DNA from: an uncultured Methylophaga sp.
Lineage (GTDB): Bacteria > Pseudomonadota > Gammaproteobacteria > Nitrosococcales > Methylophagaceae
Reading direction: 5' to 3'
NCBI GenBank assembly: GCA_965140485.1
Contig: OZ223249.1
Location: 731,750 to 795,749, forward strand
DNA length: 64,000 bases
Position 1 is the stretch's first letter. The number at the start of each line of letters is the position of its first letter. A program made the translations under genes and the position numbers. The notes beneath the pieces were generated by a model that was not told the DNA's origin, ran no database searches, and saw only the letters and a list, made by a program, of their open reading frames with translations. This document shows positions 51,878 to 62,585 of this stretch, piece after piece.

Positions 51878-53052
51878 AAACCAATCTTGCTTTTAGCCAA
51901 AGTTCTTGCTGCTTTATCGTCAGCCAGGATTTGTTCAAGCGACGTAGCATCATTAATAGGCAGTTCCGCTAGTACGTCTTCAATAATTTTAGCGATGTCC
52001 GTAAATCGAATTTGTTCATCTAAAAATGCTTGCACAGCCACTTCATTGGCAGCATTTAAAATTGCCGTGGCCGTGCCGCCTTCGGTTAACGCTTTATAAG
52101 CTAAACGTAAACACGGGAAGCGTGAAAAATCTGCAGCACTGAAGTCCAGTCTGCCAACTTTTACTAAATCTAACGGCTCCACACCAGATTCTATTCTTTC
52201 AGGCCAAGACAAGGTATTTGTAATCGGGGTGCGCATGTCGGGATTACCCATCTGGGCTAAGACAGAGCCATCCTCATAATCAACCATAGAATGAATAACA
52301 CTTTGTCTATGCAAGACGACTTCAATTTGTTCACTCTGCAAACCAAATAACCAATGAGCCTCAATTACCTCAAGACCTTTATTCATCATAGTCGCAGAAT
52401 CAACAGAAATTTTTTGGCCCATTGACCAGTTTGGATGTGCAACAGCTTGTTCTGGTGTCACATCTTCTAATTTATCAATATCATAATCTCTGAAAGGTCC
52501 CCCCGAGGCCGTAAGAATAATTTTCCTTACTCCCTTTCCGTTAAAATCATGATGCTGTGTATTTGCTACTGGAAGACACTGCCAGATAGCATTGTGCTCA
52601 CTATCCACAGGAAGTAATGTGGCACCGTTCTCAGCAACGGTTTTCATAAACAAAGCGCCGCTCATCACTAATGCCTCTTTATTGGCAAGTAAAATACGTT
52701 TTCCTGATTTCGCTGCAGCCAGAGTGGGTAGTAACCCTGCGGCTCCGACAATCGCAGCTACTACAATATCCGTTTTTGCTGAAGAGGAGACATCTTCAAG
52801 CGCTTTATGTCCACTTTTAACAATGGTCTGGCAGTTTTTTTTCTTAAGCTCTTCAGCCAGTTTATCTGCTGATACAGGGTCAAGCATCACAGCAATGTCA
52901 GGATTAAATTGAATACATTGCTGTAACATAGATTCTACAGAATGATTGGCAGTTAACGCGTAGACTTTGAATTTTTCAGGGTGAAGGCTTAAGACTTCAA
53001 GCGTACTTAGACCTATGGAACCAGTTGACCCAAGAATCGTCACTGATTTCAT
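51865..53052 (-). CDS. dxr: 1-deoxy-D-xylulose-5-phosphate reductoisomerase
   Basis: LGSTGSIG, LANKEALV, PVDSEHNAI, HPNWSMGQKISVDSATMMNKGLE. Confidence 0.97.
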   Translation of the reverse strand: MKSVTILGSTGSIGLSTLEVLSLHPEKFKVYALTANHSVESMLQQCIQFNPDIAVMLDPVSADKLAEELKKKNCQTIVKSGHKALEDVSSSAKTDIVVAAIVGAAGLLPTLAAAKSGKRILLANKEALVMSGALFMKTVAENGATLLPVDSEHNAIWQCLPVANTQHHDFNGKGVRKIILTASGGPFRDYDIDKLEDVTPEQAVAHPNWSMGQKISVDSATMMNKGLEVIEAHWLFGLQSEQIEVVLHRQSVIHSMVDYEDGSVLAQMGNPDMRTPITNTLSWPERIESGVEPLDLVKVGRLDFSAADFSRFPCLRLAYKALTEGGTATAILNAANEVAVQAFLDEQIRFTDIAKIIEDVLAELPINDATSLEQILADDKAARTLAKSKIGLCIH

Positions 53053-53876
53053 CTAAAACCACCCATGATTAAAATAAGGAAAGTAAAAACAGGGACTGCT
53101 GCTAATAAACTGTCAATTCTGTCTAAAATGCCGCCATGACCGGGTAATAAGTTACCACTATCTTTAACAGAGAATGCACGCTTATACAGACTCTCAAACA
53201 AATCGCCAATAATAGAGGCTGCTACCGTAATGATTGTGAGTAGAATCCATTCAAACATCGTTATCATTTCAGGTGTTATCACTGAATAAAAGCCAACAGC
53301 CCAAATTGAGGCAAGCACGATGCCGCCAGCAACACCTTCCCATGTCTTGTTTGGACTAACTGATGATGCCAAAGCATGTTTTCCATAACGTTTACCTGCA
53401 AAATAGCCACCCGTATCAGCTAGCCATACGGTGACCATCGCAAAAAAGAATAAAACGGCTCCCATCTCATTAAAGGCTTTTAGCGTTATAGAAGACACCA
53501 CAAATACAGTCAATATGAAAATACTGCTAATCGCACCGAAGACTTTATTTTGAAATACACGTGATAGCTGTTTTGCTATGGAGGTATTGGCAAAACCAAG
53601 AATGATGATCAAAGCGATAAGCCAAATAATTATGCCAATACTGATGATGAAATATGGACTAATTTGTGTGGCCAAGTACAGGATTACGATCAGATCAACA
53701 GCCAGCATGACACGCATAGCTGGGCTTTTTATGCCCATCATCTGATGCCATTCCCAAGCAGCAAGTATGGCAACGGCAACGATCAGTGTAGTAAAAGTTG
53801 TTATTGAGCTGGCAAAAATAGCCCAAACAATCAGGGGGATTAAAATGGCGGCAGTAATTAATCGTTGTTTAAGCAT
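53049..53876 (-). CDS. cdsA: Phosphatidate cytidylyltransferase
   Basis: ADTGGYFAG, SPNKTWEG, GDLFESLYKR...KDSG.LLPGHGGILDRIDS; probable start 53876. Confidence 0.94.
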   Translation of the reverse strand: MLKQRLITAAILIPLIVWAIFASSITTFTTLIVAVAILAAWEWHQMMGIKSPAMRVMLAVDLIVILYLATQISPYFIISIGIIIWLIALIIILGFANTSIAKQLSRVFQNKVFGAISSIFILTVFVVSSITLKAFNEMGAVLFFFAMVTVWLADTGGYFAGKRYGKHALASSVSPNKTWEGVAGGIVLASIWAVGFYSVITPEMITMFEWILLTIITVAASIIGDLFESLYKRAFSVKDSGNLLPGHGGILDRIDSLLAAVPVFTFLILIMGGFR

Positions 53877-54612
53877 CTGATTGACCTTGTAGCTGCTCAG
53901 AAGTACGTCCAAAACGCCTTTCTCTTTTGCTGAATGAGCTGATAGCAGCATCTAGTTGTTTTTTATCAAACTCCGGCCACAATACATCTGTAAAGAAAAA
54001 TTCTGTATAGGCCATTTGCCACAATAAAAAATTACTGACGCGCTGCTCGCCACCAGTTCGAATAAATAAATCGGGTTCCGGAAGAGCAGCAGTTGATAGA
54101 GAAGCGTGAATATCTTCTTCACTGATATCATCAGGTTTGAGTTCACCACTAACTACTTTATGTGCTAGCTGACGAACCGATTGCGTAATATCCCAACGAC
54201 CACCATAGTTGGCAGCTATATTCACTATCAGCCCAGTATTCTTTTCTGTTAACGCCTGAGCTTCAGCTATTTTTTTTTGTAATGCTGGGGAAAACTTATC
54301 TATGTCACCAATGATGCATAATCTAATATTATTTTGGTGTAGTTTTTTGACTTGATTGTCCAGAGCATGACTAAATAATTCCATAAGCAATGATACTTCT
54401 TTACCTGGTCTCCGCCAGTTTTCACTGCTAAAAGCAAACAAACTTAGTACTTCGACACCAAGCTCAGCACAACGTTTAACAATCTCAGCGACAGTTTTAA
54501 CACCTGCTCGGTGGCCCATAAAACGTGGCTGTAAACGTCTTTTTGCCCACCGACCATTGCCATCCATAATGATGGCAATATGTCTGGGAATATTATCGTT
54601 TTGGGATTTCAT
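53869..54612 (-). CDS. uppS: Undecaprenyl diphosphate synthase
   Basis: HIAIIMDGNGRWA, FSSENWRRP, IRTGGEQRVSNFLLWQ. Confidence 0.96.
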   Translation of the reverse strand: MKSQNDNIPRHIAIIMDGNGRWAKRRLQPRFMGHRAGVKTVAEIVKRCAELGVEVLSLFAFSSENWRRPGKEVSLLMELFSHALDNQVKKLHQNNIRLCIIGDIDKFSPALQKKIAEAQALTEKNTGLIVNIAANYGGRWDITQSVRQLAHKVVSGELKPDDISEEDIHASLSTAALPEPDLFIRTGGEQRVSNFLLWQMAYTEFFFTDVLWPEFDKKQLDAAISSFSKRERRFGRTSEQLQGQSDA

Positions 54613-54624
54613 TCAAGAGCCGGT

Positions 54625-54652
54625 CAATAAAAGTGTAACCACACGGTTACAC
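54625..54652 (-). terminator. Hairpin/terminator at the frr stop
   Basis: GTGTAACC-4 nt-GGTTACAC perfect stem (54633-54652) followed on the minus strand by TTTTATT. Confidence 0.6.
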
Positions 54653-55204
54653 TTCCATTAAATCCGTTTCTTTTTCTGCAAGGACATCATCAATTTGCTT
54701 GATGGTAGCATCGGTCAGCTTCTGAATATCTTCTTCAGCACCGCGTTGCTCATCTTCAGAGATTTCTTTTTCTTTCAATAGATCTTTAAGCGTACTGTTT
54801 GCATCACGACGGATGTTGCGAACAGCAATACGTGCATTTTCTGCTTCACTTTTTGCCACTTTGACTAAGTCACGACGACGTTCTTCTGTCAGTGGTGGAA
54901 TAGGAATACGGATAGTCATACCGGCACTATTAGGATTGACACCAAGATCAGATGTCATGATGGCTTTCTCCACGACGGATACCATATCTTTTTCCCACGG
55001 CGTTACCGTCAATGTTCTAGAGTCTTCAACTCCCACGTTAGCCACTTGGCTTAGTGGTACATCAGAACCATAGTAAGACACATGCAAATGATCCAATAAG
55101 CTTGTATGAGCTCGTCCAGCACGAATTTTAGCCATTGCTGAGCCAAGTGCAGCAACACTTTTATTCATACGATCAGCAGCATCTTTCTTGATATCTTCAA
55201 TCAT
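54647..55204 (-). CDS. frr: Ribosome recycling factor
   Basis: [33 protein letters not shown]. Confidence 0.97.
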   Translation of the reverse strand: MIEDIKKDAADRMNKSVAALGSAMAKIRAGRAHTSLLDHLHVSYYGSDVPLSQVANVGVEDSRTLTVTPWEKDMVSVVEKAIMTSDLGVNPNSAGMTIRIPIPPLTEERRRDLVKVAKSEAENARIAVRNIRRDANSTLKDLLKEKEISEDEQRGAEEDIQKLTDATIKQIDDVLAEKETDLMEV

Positions 55205-55212
55205 ATTCAGTC

Positions 55213-55938
55213 CTATTTCACTAATGTTCCAACTTGTTCGCCATGGATAATTTTTGTTAGGTTGCCTTCTTTGTGAACGTCAAATACACGTAAAGGAATC
55301 TTCTGTTCCTGACACATGACGACAGCTGTTGTATCCATGACAGCAAGGCGGTTATTGATGACTTCATCATAACTAAGTTCATCATAACGAACGGCACTCG
55401 GGTCTTTGTTTGGATCAGCATTATAAACGCCATCAACCTGGGTCGCCTTTAGCATCAGTTCAGCACCAATTTCTACAGCGCGTAAACTCGCTGCCGAGTC
55501 CGTTGTGAAAAAGGGATTACCAGTACCAGCTGCAAAAATAACGACACGGCCTTTTTCAAGATGTCTGATAGCTCGGCGACGAAGATAATCCTCGCACACC
55601 TCATGAATTCTTATCGCTGACATCACACGACAGAACGTACCATTTCGTTCTAACGCGTCTTGTAAAGCCAGAGCATTCATCACTGTGGCTAACATACCCA
55701 TATGATCGGCACTGACACGATCCATGCCGCTCGCTGCAAGACCTGCACCACGGAAAATATTCCCGCCACCAATGACGACACCAAGCTGAACGCCTTTTGC
55801 GCTCAGCTCAGATATCTCTTTTGCAAAACGGGAAATCACTTCTGGCTGGATGCCATACTCCGCATCCCCCATTAATGCCTCGCCACTCAGTTTGAGCAAG
55901 ACACGCTTATAAACTGGTTGACTTCCCGTTTGTGTCAT
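55213..55938 (-). CDS. pyrH: UMP kinase
   Basis: [31 protein letters not shown]. Confidence 0.97.
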   Translation of the reverse strand: MTQTGSQPVYKRVLLKLSGEALMGDAEYGIQPEVISRFAKEISELSAKGVQLGVVIGGGNIFRGAGLAASGMDRVSADHMGMLATVMNALALQDALERNGTFCRVMSAIRIHEVCEDYLRRRAIRHLEKGRVVIFAAGTGNPFFTTDSAASLRAVEIGAELMLKATQVDGVYNADPNKDPSAVRYDELSYDEVINNRLAVMDTTAVVMCQEQKIPLRVFDVHKEGNLTKIIHGEQVGTLVK

Positions 55939-55941
55939 AAA

Positions 55942-56823
55942 TTACTTCCCTCTGGCTTGAGCCATTACTTCTTCAGCAAAATTGTCTTCTGCTTTCTCGA
56001 TACCTTCACCTACTTCAAAAAACTCAAAAGCGTCAATTGAAGCACCAGCTTGCTTGATTAGTTTTTCAACTGTCACATCTGGGTCTTTAACAAATGGTTG
56101 GCCAACCAGGCTGATTTCGTTAACGAATTTCGCCATACGGCCTTCGATCATTTTTTCGATGATGTTTTCAGGCTTACCGCTATCTCTTGCTTGAGTTGCA
56201 ACGATATCACGTTCTTTATCCAACAACTCTTGTGATAAATCATCCGGAGAGATTGCTTGTGGACGATTAGCCGCAACATGCATGGCTAAATCTTTAGCCA
56301 ATTCTTCGTTACCACCGGTCAACTGAACCATAGTACCGATACGATCACCATGACGATAGAAACCAATAATGCCACTATCCGTATTTAATGTTGTAAAACG
56401 GCGAACCTGGATATTTTCACCAATTTTAGCCACCAATGCCTGACGTACAGTTTCTACTGTTTCACCAGAGTCCAATGTTAATTGTTTTAATGCATCTAAG
56501 TCTGCAGGTTGTGCTTCTAATGCTTTTTTCGCAACAGCAGACACAAAGTTAACAAAATCATCTGCTTTTGCTACGAAGTCAGTTTCTGAATTCACTTCCA
56601 GCATAATCGCATGCTTGTTATCACTACTAGTCTCAATAGCGATGATTCCTTCAGCAGTGATGCGATCTGCTTTTTTATCGGCTTTTGCTAAACCTGATTT
56701 ACGCATTTCTTCGATAGCGACTTCAATGTCACCATTTGCTTCAACGAGTGCTTTTTTGCACTCCATCATGCCTGAGCCTGTACGCTCACGTAGTTCTTTT
56801 ACTAAAGCTGCAGTAATTGCCAT
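55942..56823 (-). CDS. tsf: Elongation factor Ts
   Basis: [36 protein letters not shown]. Confidence 0.97.
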   Translation of the reverse strand: MAITAALVKELRERTGSGMMECKKALVEANGDIEVAIEEMRKSGLAKADKKADRITAEGIIAIETSSDNKHAIMLEVNSETDFVAKADDFVNFVSAVAKKALEAQPADLDALKQLTLDSGETVETVRQALVAKIGENIQVRRFTTLNTDSGIIGFYRHGDRIGTMVQLTGGNEELAKDLAMHVAANRPQAISPDDLSQELLDKERDIVATQARDSGKPENIIEKMIEGRMAKFVNEISLVGQPFVKDPDVTVEKLIKQAGASIDAFEFFEVGEGIEKAEDNFAEEVMAQARGK

Positions 56824-56928
56824 TGCTCTAACCCTTTTAATCTGATTGTTTTATGAATGCTCATCACTGAGCTCATATACAACACAGGCCCACCCACGGG
56901 CGAGCCTGCTGAATTAAACTAATAGAAA

Positions 56929-57681
56929 TTATTCGCTGGCTGATTCAGCACTTTCTTCAGCAACCTCTACGAATTCTTCTTTTGCATCTGCCGTTGTTAC
57001 AGACGCACGTCCTTCCAGAATTGCATCAGCAATATTTGCAGTGTAAAGACGGATTGCGCGCATTGAGTCATCGTTACCAGGAATAACGTAGTCAACGCCA
57101 TCAGGGTTACTGTTGCTATCAACGATAGCGATAACAGGGATACCTAATTTTTTAGCTTCTTGAATAGCAATGCGTTCATGTTCAACATCGATAACGAACA
57201 TTGCATCAGGTAAGCCACCCATTTTACGGATACCACCAATGCTTTTTTCTAATTTTTCTTGTTCACGAGCCAGATCCAAAACTTCTTTTTTCTTCAGACC
57301 TTCAGTTTTACCAGACTCGATCATTTCCTGGATAGCATCCAGACGTTTGATTGATTGACGTACTGTTTGGAAGTTAGTCAACATACCACCTAACCAACGA
57401 CGGTTGACGTATGGCATGCCTGCACGTTCTGCATCTTCACGAATTGCATCTTGTGCTGCACGCTTAGTACCAACAAACATGATACGGCCCTTTTTAGAAG
57501 CCAGTTTGCTGACAAAATTCAATGCATCGTTGAACATTGGCAAGCTATGTTCTAAGTTGATGATATGGATATTGTTACGTTTACCAAAGATGAATGGGCC
57601 CATTTTTGGGTTCCAGTAGCGGGTTTGGTGCCCGAAATGTACGCCTGCTTCAAGCATTTGGCGCATTGTTGTTTTAGCCAT
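56929..57681 (-). CDS. rpsB: 30S ribosomal protein S2
   Basis: [36 protein letters not shown]. Confidence 0.98.
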   Translation of the reverse strand: MAKTTMRQMLEAGVHFGHQTRYWNPKMGPFIFGKRNNIHIINLEHSLPMFNDALNFVSKLASKKGRIMFVGTKRAAQDAIREDAERAGMPYVNRRWLGGMLTNFQTVRQSIKRLDAIQEMIESGKTEGLKKKEVLDLAREQEKLEKSIGGIRKMGGLPDAMFVIDVEHERIAIQEAKKLGIPVIAIVDSNSNPDGVDYVIPGNDDSMRAIRLYTANIADAILEGRASVTTADAKEEFVEVAEESAESASE

Positions 57682-57689
57682 GTTTATAC

Positions 57690-57790
57690 CTTCATAGTAT
57701 GGGGTTGAACCTCCACGTACCCCAGCTGTCGACTAATTAGGTCAGACCTAACAGCACCCCGACACCTGTGACGGCACATGTGTGATTTTG
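57690..57790 (-). ncRNA. rpsB 5' leader (t44 / S2 autoregulatory element)
   Basis: Minus strand CACAC...GTCGGGGTGC...TGGAGGTTCAACCCC upstream of rpsB, matching the gammaproteobacterial rpsB leader pattern; boundaries approximate. Confidence 0.75.
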
Positions 57791-57951
57791 CCTTCTTTCG
57801 GCGCGCATATTATTCCACACTTAAGCAACAAAACAAAGCGAAAAGAACAATTAACAGGGCCGGTCAGAATGATTACTGGTGACCAAAGCAGATTTACGGC
57901 AAACTATGTGTAATATCACATACTTCATTACAAAATTAGCAGGGAATTTAA

Positions 57952-58719
57952 ATGGCTGTCAGTATAAAAACTGCCGAAGAAATTGAGAAAATGCGTGTTG
58001 CAGGTAAACTTGCCGCTGATGTTTTGACAATGATTGAACCTCATGTCCAGGCGGGTATTACCACTGAAGAACTCAATCAAATCTGTCATGACTATATTGT
58101 CAATGAACAAGAAGCTATTCCTGCCCCGTTAAACTATCATGGTTTCCCCCGTTCAATCTGTACCTCAGTGAATCATGTTATTTGTCATGGCATCCCCAGT
58201 GAGAAAAAGCTAAAAGACGGCGATATCATTAATATTGATATCACTGTTATCAAAGATGGTTACCATGGTGATACCAGTAAAATGTTTCAGATCGGAAAAA
58301 CATCCATTCTGGCTCAACGCCTTTGCCGTGTTGCCCGTGAATCTATGTTTGTAGGGATTGAGATGGTCAAGCCTGGTATTCGACTTGGTGATATTGGCCA
58401 TGCTATTCAGACTTATGCTGAAAAAGAAAACTTTTCTGTTGTACGAGAATACTGCGGACATGGTATAGGACAAGTCTTTCATGAAGATCCTCAAGTGCTT
58501 CACTACGGTACGGCGGGAACGGGGCTCGAACTAAAGCCCGGCATGACATTCACTATCGAACCAATGATTAATGCGGGTAAACGTCATGTACGACAACTCC
58601 CCGATGGCTGGACAGTAGTAACTAAAGACCGCTCTTTATCAGCACAATGGGAACACACGATTTTAGTGACTGATAACGGATATGACATTTTGACCTTGCG
58701 TGAAGAAGAAACCGTTTAA
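57952..58719 (+). CDS. map: Methionine aminopeptidase type I
   Basis: CTSVNHVICHGIP, DITVIKDGYHGDTS, YCGHGIG, FTIEPM, QWEHT. Confidence 0.97.
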   Translation: MAVSIKTAEEIEKMRVAGKLAADVLTMIEPHVQAGITTEELNQICHDYIVNEQEAIPAPLNYHGFPRSICTSVNHVICHGIPSEKKLKDGDIINIDITVIKDGYHGDTSKMFQIGKTSILAQRLCRVARESMFVGIEMVKPGIRLGDIGHAIQTYAEKENFSVVREYCGHGIGQVFHEDPQVLHYGTAGTGLELKPGMTFTIEPMINAGKRHVRQLPDGWTVVTKDRSLSAQWEHTILVTDNGYDILTLREEETV

Positions 58720-58736
58720 TCAAACTAAGGTGTTGT

Positions 58737-61355
58737 ATGCCTCAGCAGACTCTATCTATATGGGAAGTTGGTAACTTAGTTATACCTTCTGATGCAGAGG
58801 TAACTAATGAAATTTGTCGGGAAGCTTTAAAACAAAGTCAGCTATACCTTCAACAACAATTTGATTCTGGTAGCCCGATTGAAGAATTAGTGTATCAACG
58901 CGCTTCTTTTGTTGATGAAATTCTCAACCAAGTCTGGCAGCAACATATTAGTTATGAGACACCTGTCAGTCTGGTGGCTGTTGGTGGCTATGGCCGAGGC
59001 GAACTACACCCCTACTCTGACATTGATGTTTTAATCTTGCTTGATGAGTCTGTATCTGACACCCCACCAGACTCTCTGTCCAGTTTCCTGACTCAACTCT
59101 GGGATGTTGGACTGGAAATAGGTCACAGTGTAAGAACCATACAGGAGTGTCGTCAGCAAGCAGAAGATGACATTACGATTGCCACTAATTTACTTGAAGC
59201 CCGTTTATTATGTGGCGCAAGTGAACTGTTCGAGTCACTACAAAAACTGACCGTTACTAATAAAACCTGGGATACACGACGATTTTTTGAATTAAAAAGA
59301 CAAGAACAGTTAGATCGGCACCAACGCTATAACGATACGGCTAATAACCTTGAACCGAATATTAAAGAATCGCCTGGAGGCCTAAGAGATATTCAAGTTG
59401 TAAACTGGGTGGCGCAACAACATTTTGATGTAAAGAATCTGGAAGGACTTCGTCAAAAAGGCTTTCTGGCGAATAGTGAATATGACACCTTGCAAAAAGC
59501 TCAAAACTTTTTGTGGACAATCCGCTTTGCTTTACATCACCTTGCTGGTCGTAAGCAAGAAAAATTGATGATCGACTTTCAACGTGAGCTTGCCAAGAAG
59601 CTGGGTTATAAAGACGATGAGTCTAGACTCGCTGTCGAAAAATTCATGAAAGATTATTATCGTTGTGCCCGATCTGTTCGACAAATGAACCGTCTTTTGC
59701 TGCAACTTTTTGAAGAGACAATCATCCTCGCTGATGAACCTCGAGAAGTCAAAGTCATTAACAGACGTTTTCAGTCCCATAATGGTTATCTTGAAACGAT
59801 CAACCCTGGCATCTTTGCTTATTACCCATATGCACTGTTAGAAGTCTTTCTTATTCTTCAGCAAAACCCAGAACTCAGAGGCGTGAGAGCCTCGACAATT
59901 CGTCAGATCCATGCCCATTTACATCTGATAGATGGCAGCTTCCGTCGGGATATAAAAAACCGAACCTTATTCATGGAAATTATCCGCCAGCCTAAAGGTG
60001 TGACCCATGAATTCCGACGCATGAATGAACTAGGTGTTTTAGGCGCTTACCTGCCTGAGTTCGGTCGCGTCGTCGGCCAAATGCAGCATGATTTATTTCA
60101 TGCCTATACGGTAGATGAACACACTCTATTTTTAGTAGGTAATTTAAGACGCTTCTCCTGTGAAGAAAACAGGGAGGAGTTTCCTCTATGTTCAGAAGTA
60201 TTCAAACAACTACCTAAACCTGAAATACTCTACATTGCTGGCATTTACCATGATATTGCCAAAGGTAGAGGTGGAGATCACAGTGTCTTAGGTGTGGTTG
60301 ATGCAAAAGCATTCTGTGAACGTCATAACCTCAGTGAATATGATACGAATATCGTCGCTTTTCTGATTCGATACCATCTTGCAATGTCGACTACGGCTCA
60401 GAAAAGTGATTTGGAAGATCCGACTGTCATCAAAAAATTTGCTGACTTAGTAGAGACGACTGAGCGACTGAATTATCTCTATTTATTAACGGTTGCTGAT
60501 ATCAGAGCGACTAATAATAACTTGTGGAATGGTTGGCGAGATTCTTTATTGAAACAGCTTTACCACAGCACGCATCAGTGGATTGAACATACTGAGGCTC
60601 AAGCAAAAAGTACACGTGAGAAGAGTTACAAAAAATATCAGGAAGCTATGCAAAAGCTTCTTGCTACCGGCCGTAGCCAGGAAGACATCGGCAGACTCTG
60701 GCACGCTTATGATTTGGACTACTTTCTCCGGCATTCAGTCGATGAACTTGTCTGGCAATCAGAACAACGCTTAGATCACATAGATGATGACCCATTGATT
60801 GCGTTGAGAAAGCATAACGATCAACAGACCTTGGAAATTTTTATCGTCACCCATGACCGAGCTGGTATCTTTGCCGCTATCACCGCTGCTTTAGAACAAT
60901 GCCAATTAAATGTGTTAGATGCCAAAATCAATGTCACCAACGAGTACGATGCCTTAAATACTTTTATCGTGAATGGGGACAGGCTTGATAACAGACAAAT
61001 CACAAGTTCGCTTGAAAAACAGCTAGCCAATACGTCTCATGTGAAGCCATATAGTCCAACCATCACCCCTCGGACTATGAAACTGTTTAAAACTCAACCT
61101 AGCATTGATTTTGACACCAACCTGCAGCAAAACCATACGGTTATGTCTTTGCATACGCATGACAGACCTGGTCTGGTATCAGCTATCGCACAAGTATTTC
61201 TGGCCTGCAAAGTACAATTAATCAATGCGAAAATTAATACATTAGGTGATCAAGTGGAAGATATATTTTTTATCACCACTGCCAATGAAAATGCACTTGA
61301 TGAATTAGAAGAAAATAGTCTAAAAGAACAGCTGCTGGCCAACTTATCACACTAA
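58737..61355 (+). CDS. glnD: [PII] uridylyltransferase/uridylyl-removing enzyme
   Basis: AVGGYGRGELHPYSDID, KESPGGLRD, HAYTVDEH, HDIAKGRGGDH, two C-terminal ACT domains. Confidence 0.96.
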   Translation: MPQQTLSIWEVGNLVIPSDAEVTNEICREALKQSQLYLQQQFDSGSPIEELVYQRASFVDEILNQVWQQHISYETPVSLVAVGGYGRGELHPYSDIDVLILLDESVSDTPPDSLSSFLTQLWDVGLEIGHSVRTIQECRQQAEDDITIATNLLEARLLCGASELFESLQKLTVTNKTWDTRRFFELKRQEQLDRHQRYNDTANNLEPNIKESPGGLRDIQVVNWVAQQHFDVKNLEGLRQKGFLANSEYDTLQKAQNFLWTIRFALHHLAGRKQEKLMIDFQRELAKKLGYKDDESRLAVEKFMKDYYRCARSVRQMNRLLLQLFEETIILADEPREVKVINRRFQSHNGYLETINPGIFAYYPYALLEVFLILQQNPELRGVRASTIRQIHAHLHLIDGSFRRDIKNRTLFMEIIRQPKGVTHEFRRMNELGVLGAYLPEFGRVVGQMQHDLFHAYTVDEHTLFLVGNLRRFSCEENREEFPLCSEVFKQLPKPEILYIAGIYHDIAKGRGGDHSVLGVVDAKAFCERHNLSEYDTNIVAFLIRYHLAMSTTAQKSDLEDPTVIKKFADLVETTERLNYLYLLTVADIRATNNNLWNGWRDSLLKQLYHSTHQWIEHTEAQAKSTREKSYKKYQEAMQKLLATGRSQEDIGRLWHAYDLDYFLRHSVDELVWQSEQRLDHIDDDPLIALRKHNDQQTLEIFIVTHDRAGIFAAITAALEQCQLNVLDAKINVTNEYDALNTFIVNGDRLDNRQITSSLEKQLANTSHVKPYSPTITPRTMKLFKTQPSIDFDTNLQQNHTVMSLHTHDRPGLVSAIAQVFLACKVQLINAKINTLGDQVEDIFFITTANENALDELEENSLKEQLLANLSH

Positions 61356-61394
61356 AAAGAAACGGCATGAAATAAATACATGCCGTTTCTTTTT
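61354..61394. terminator. Bidirectional intrinsic terminator
   Basis: AAAAAGAAACGGCATG-9 nt-CATGCCGTTTCTTTTT 16-bp perfect stem. Confidence 0.9.
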
Positions 61395-61411
61395 ATAAAA
61401 TATAAGAAAGC

Positions 61412-61681
61412 TTAATTCTGAGAAACTGTCAGGTCATTAGAAAGTTTTTCTAACTTTTTATCACCAATGCCTTTGACATTGGCAAGCTCGTCTATCGTTT
61501 TAAATTTACCATGAGCATCACGATACTGAATAATGGCATCTGCCGTTGACGGTCCAACACCATTTAACATCTGTAACTCTTCTGAGGTCGCCGTGTTGAG
61601 ATCAATCTTGTCGGCAGCAAAAGCATAAGAGGTACTTAAAAGAAGTGATAAAACCAATGCAAAAAATGATTTTCGTAACAT
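61412..61681 (-). CDS. comEA: ComEA-like periplasmic helix-hairpin-helix DNA-binding protein
   Basis: Signal peptide; IDLNTATSEELQMLNGVGPSTA.AII.YR..HG.F.TIDEL.NVKGIG. Confidence 0.9.
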   Translation of the reverse strand: MLRKSFFALVLSLLLSTSYAFAADKIDLNTATSEELQMLNGVGPSTADAIIQYRDAHGKFKTIDELANVKGIGDKKLEKLSNDLTVSQN

Positions 61682-61787
61682 AATCCATACTCCGTGTTAA
61701 TACTAAGTCCATAAACAGCTTCTCCTGAAACTGAATGTTTAGATTAGATGAAAGAACAAACGAAAATCAAACAGACTTTTTACATTG

Positions 61788-61803
61788 TGTGAGCTGGCTC
61801 ACA
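61788..61803. promoter_or_regulatory. Perfect CRP core site upstream of comEA
   Basis: TGTGA-gctggc-TCACA, about 107 bp upstream of the comEA start. Confidence 0.55.
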
Positions 61804-61805
61804 AC

Positions 61806-62357
61806 TCACTTTCTGATGCGGTCTCCCGCCCCTTTACCAGTTAAGGTAAGAAAGATTAAACAGAAATATTGCTTTACTGAAAATGAAGCAATCATTTTGG
61901 CATCTGTTTCAGCAAGCAACTCTGGTGTCGACATATCAATATCATTGACCTGGGCTAAACCGGTAATACCAGGACGAACCGAGAAAACATTCAGCTTATT
62001 TCTGGCTTCAATTAACTCATGTTGACTCTCCAGACAAGGCCTCGGCCCAACCAGACTCATATCGCCTTTCAATACATTCCAAAGCTGAGGCAGTTCATCA
62101 AGTTTAGTTCGTCTAAGAAACCGCCCGAAAGGTGTCACTGAAGACTCAGCCGCCAAATGGGTGGCCACATGAGCGGTGTCTTTACGCATAGTTCTGAATT
62201 TAATCAATGTGAAAGTATTTAAATTTCTACCAATACGCTTTTGAAGAAAAAGTGGTGAAGCATTGAATACACAACCAACTACTAATAACAGAGCAAATAC
62301 TATAGAAAGGGGAATAATCGCTAATATTGACAAGATTATATCAAATAAACGTAACAT
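61806..62357 (-). CDS. Polyprenyl-phosphate initiating sugar transferase (Bac_transf family)
   Basis: RLFDI, F.LIKFRTM, FLRRTKLDELPQLWNVLKGDMSLVGPRP, RPGITGLAQV. Confidence 0.92.
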   Translation of the reverse strand: MLRLFDIILSILAIIPLSIVFALLLVVGCVFNASPLFLQKRIGRNLNTFTLIKFRTMRKDTAHVATHLAAESSVTPFGRFLRRTKLDELPQLWNVLKGDMSLVGPRPCLESQHELIEARNKLNVFSVRPGITGLAQVNDIDMSTPELLAETDAKMIASFSVKQYFCLIFLTLTGKGAGDRIRK

Positions 62358-62585
62358 ACTCTTAAACTCCGTTTAACCCTGTAATCACATAGAAAAGCAG
62401 TATTTTCTCAAATAGTTAATAAACGATCGTAGAAAATGATTGAAATTAATTTTTATAGATAAAATGCAATTGTACACAGGCTATCATTATCAGAATGGTC
62501 CGATGTGCTTAAATTTGAAACGCCCAAAGGTAATTCCTTAAGTCATAGCCTTATTGGGAAATGGCTTATGATCACCATTTTTTTA

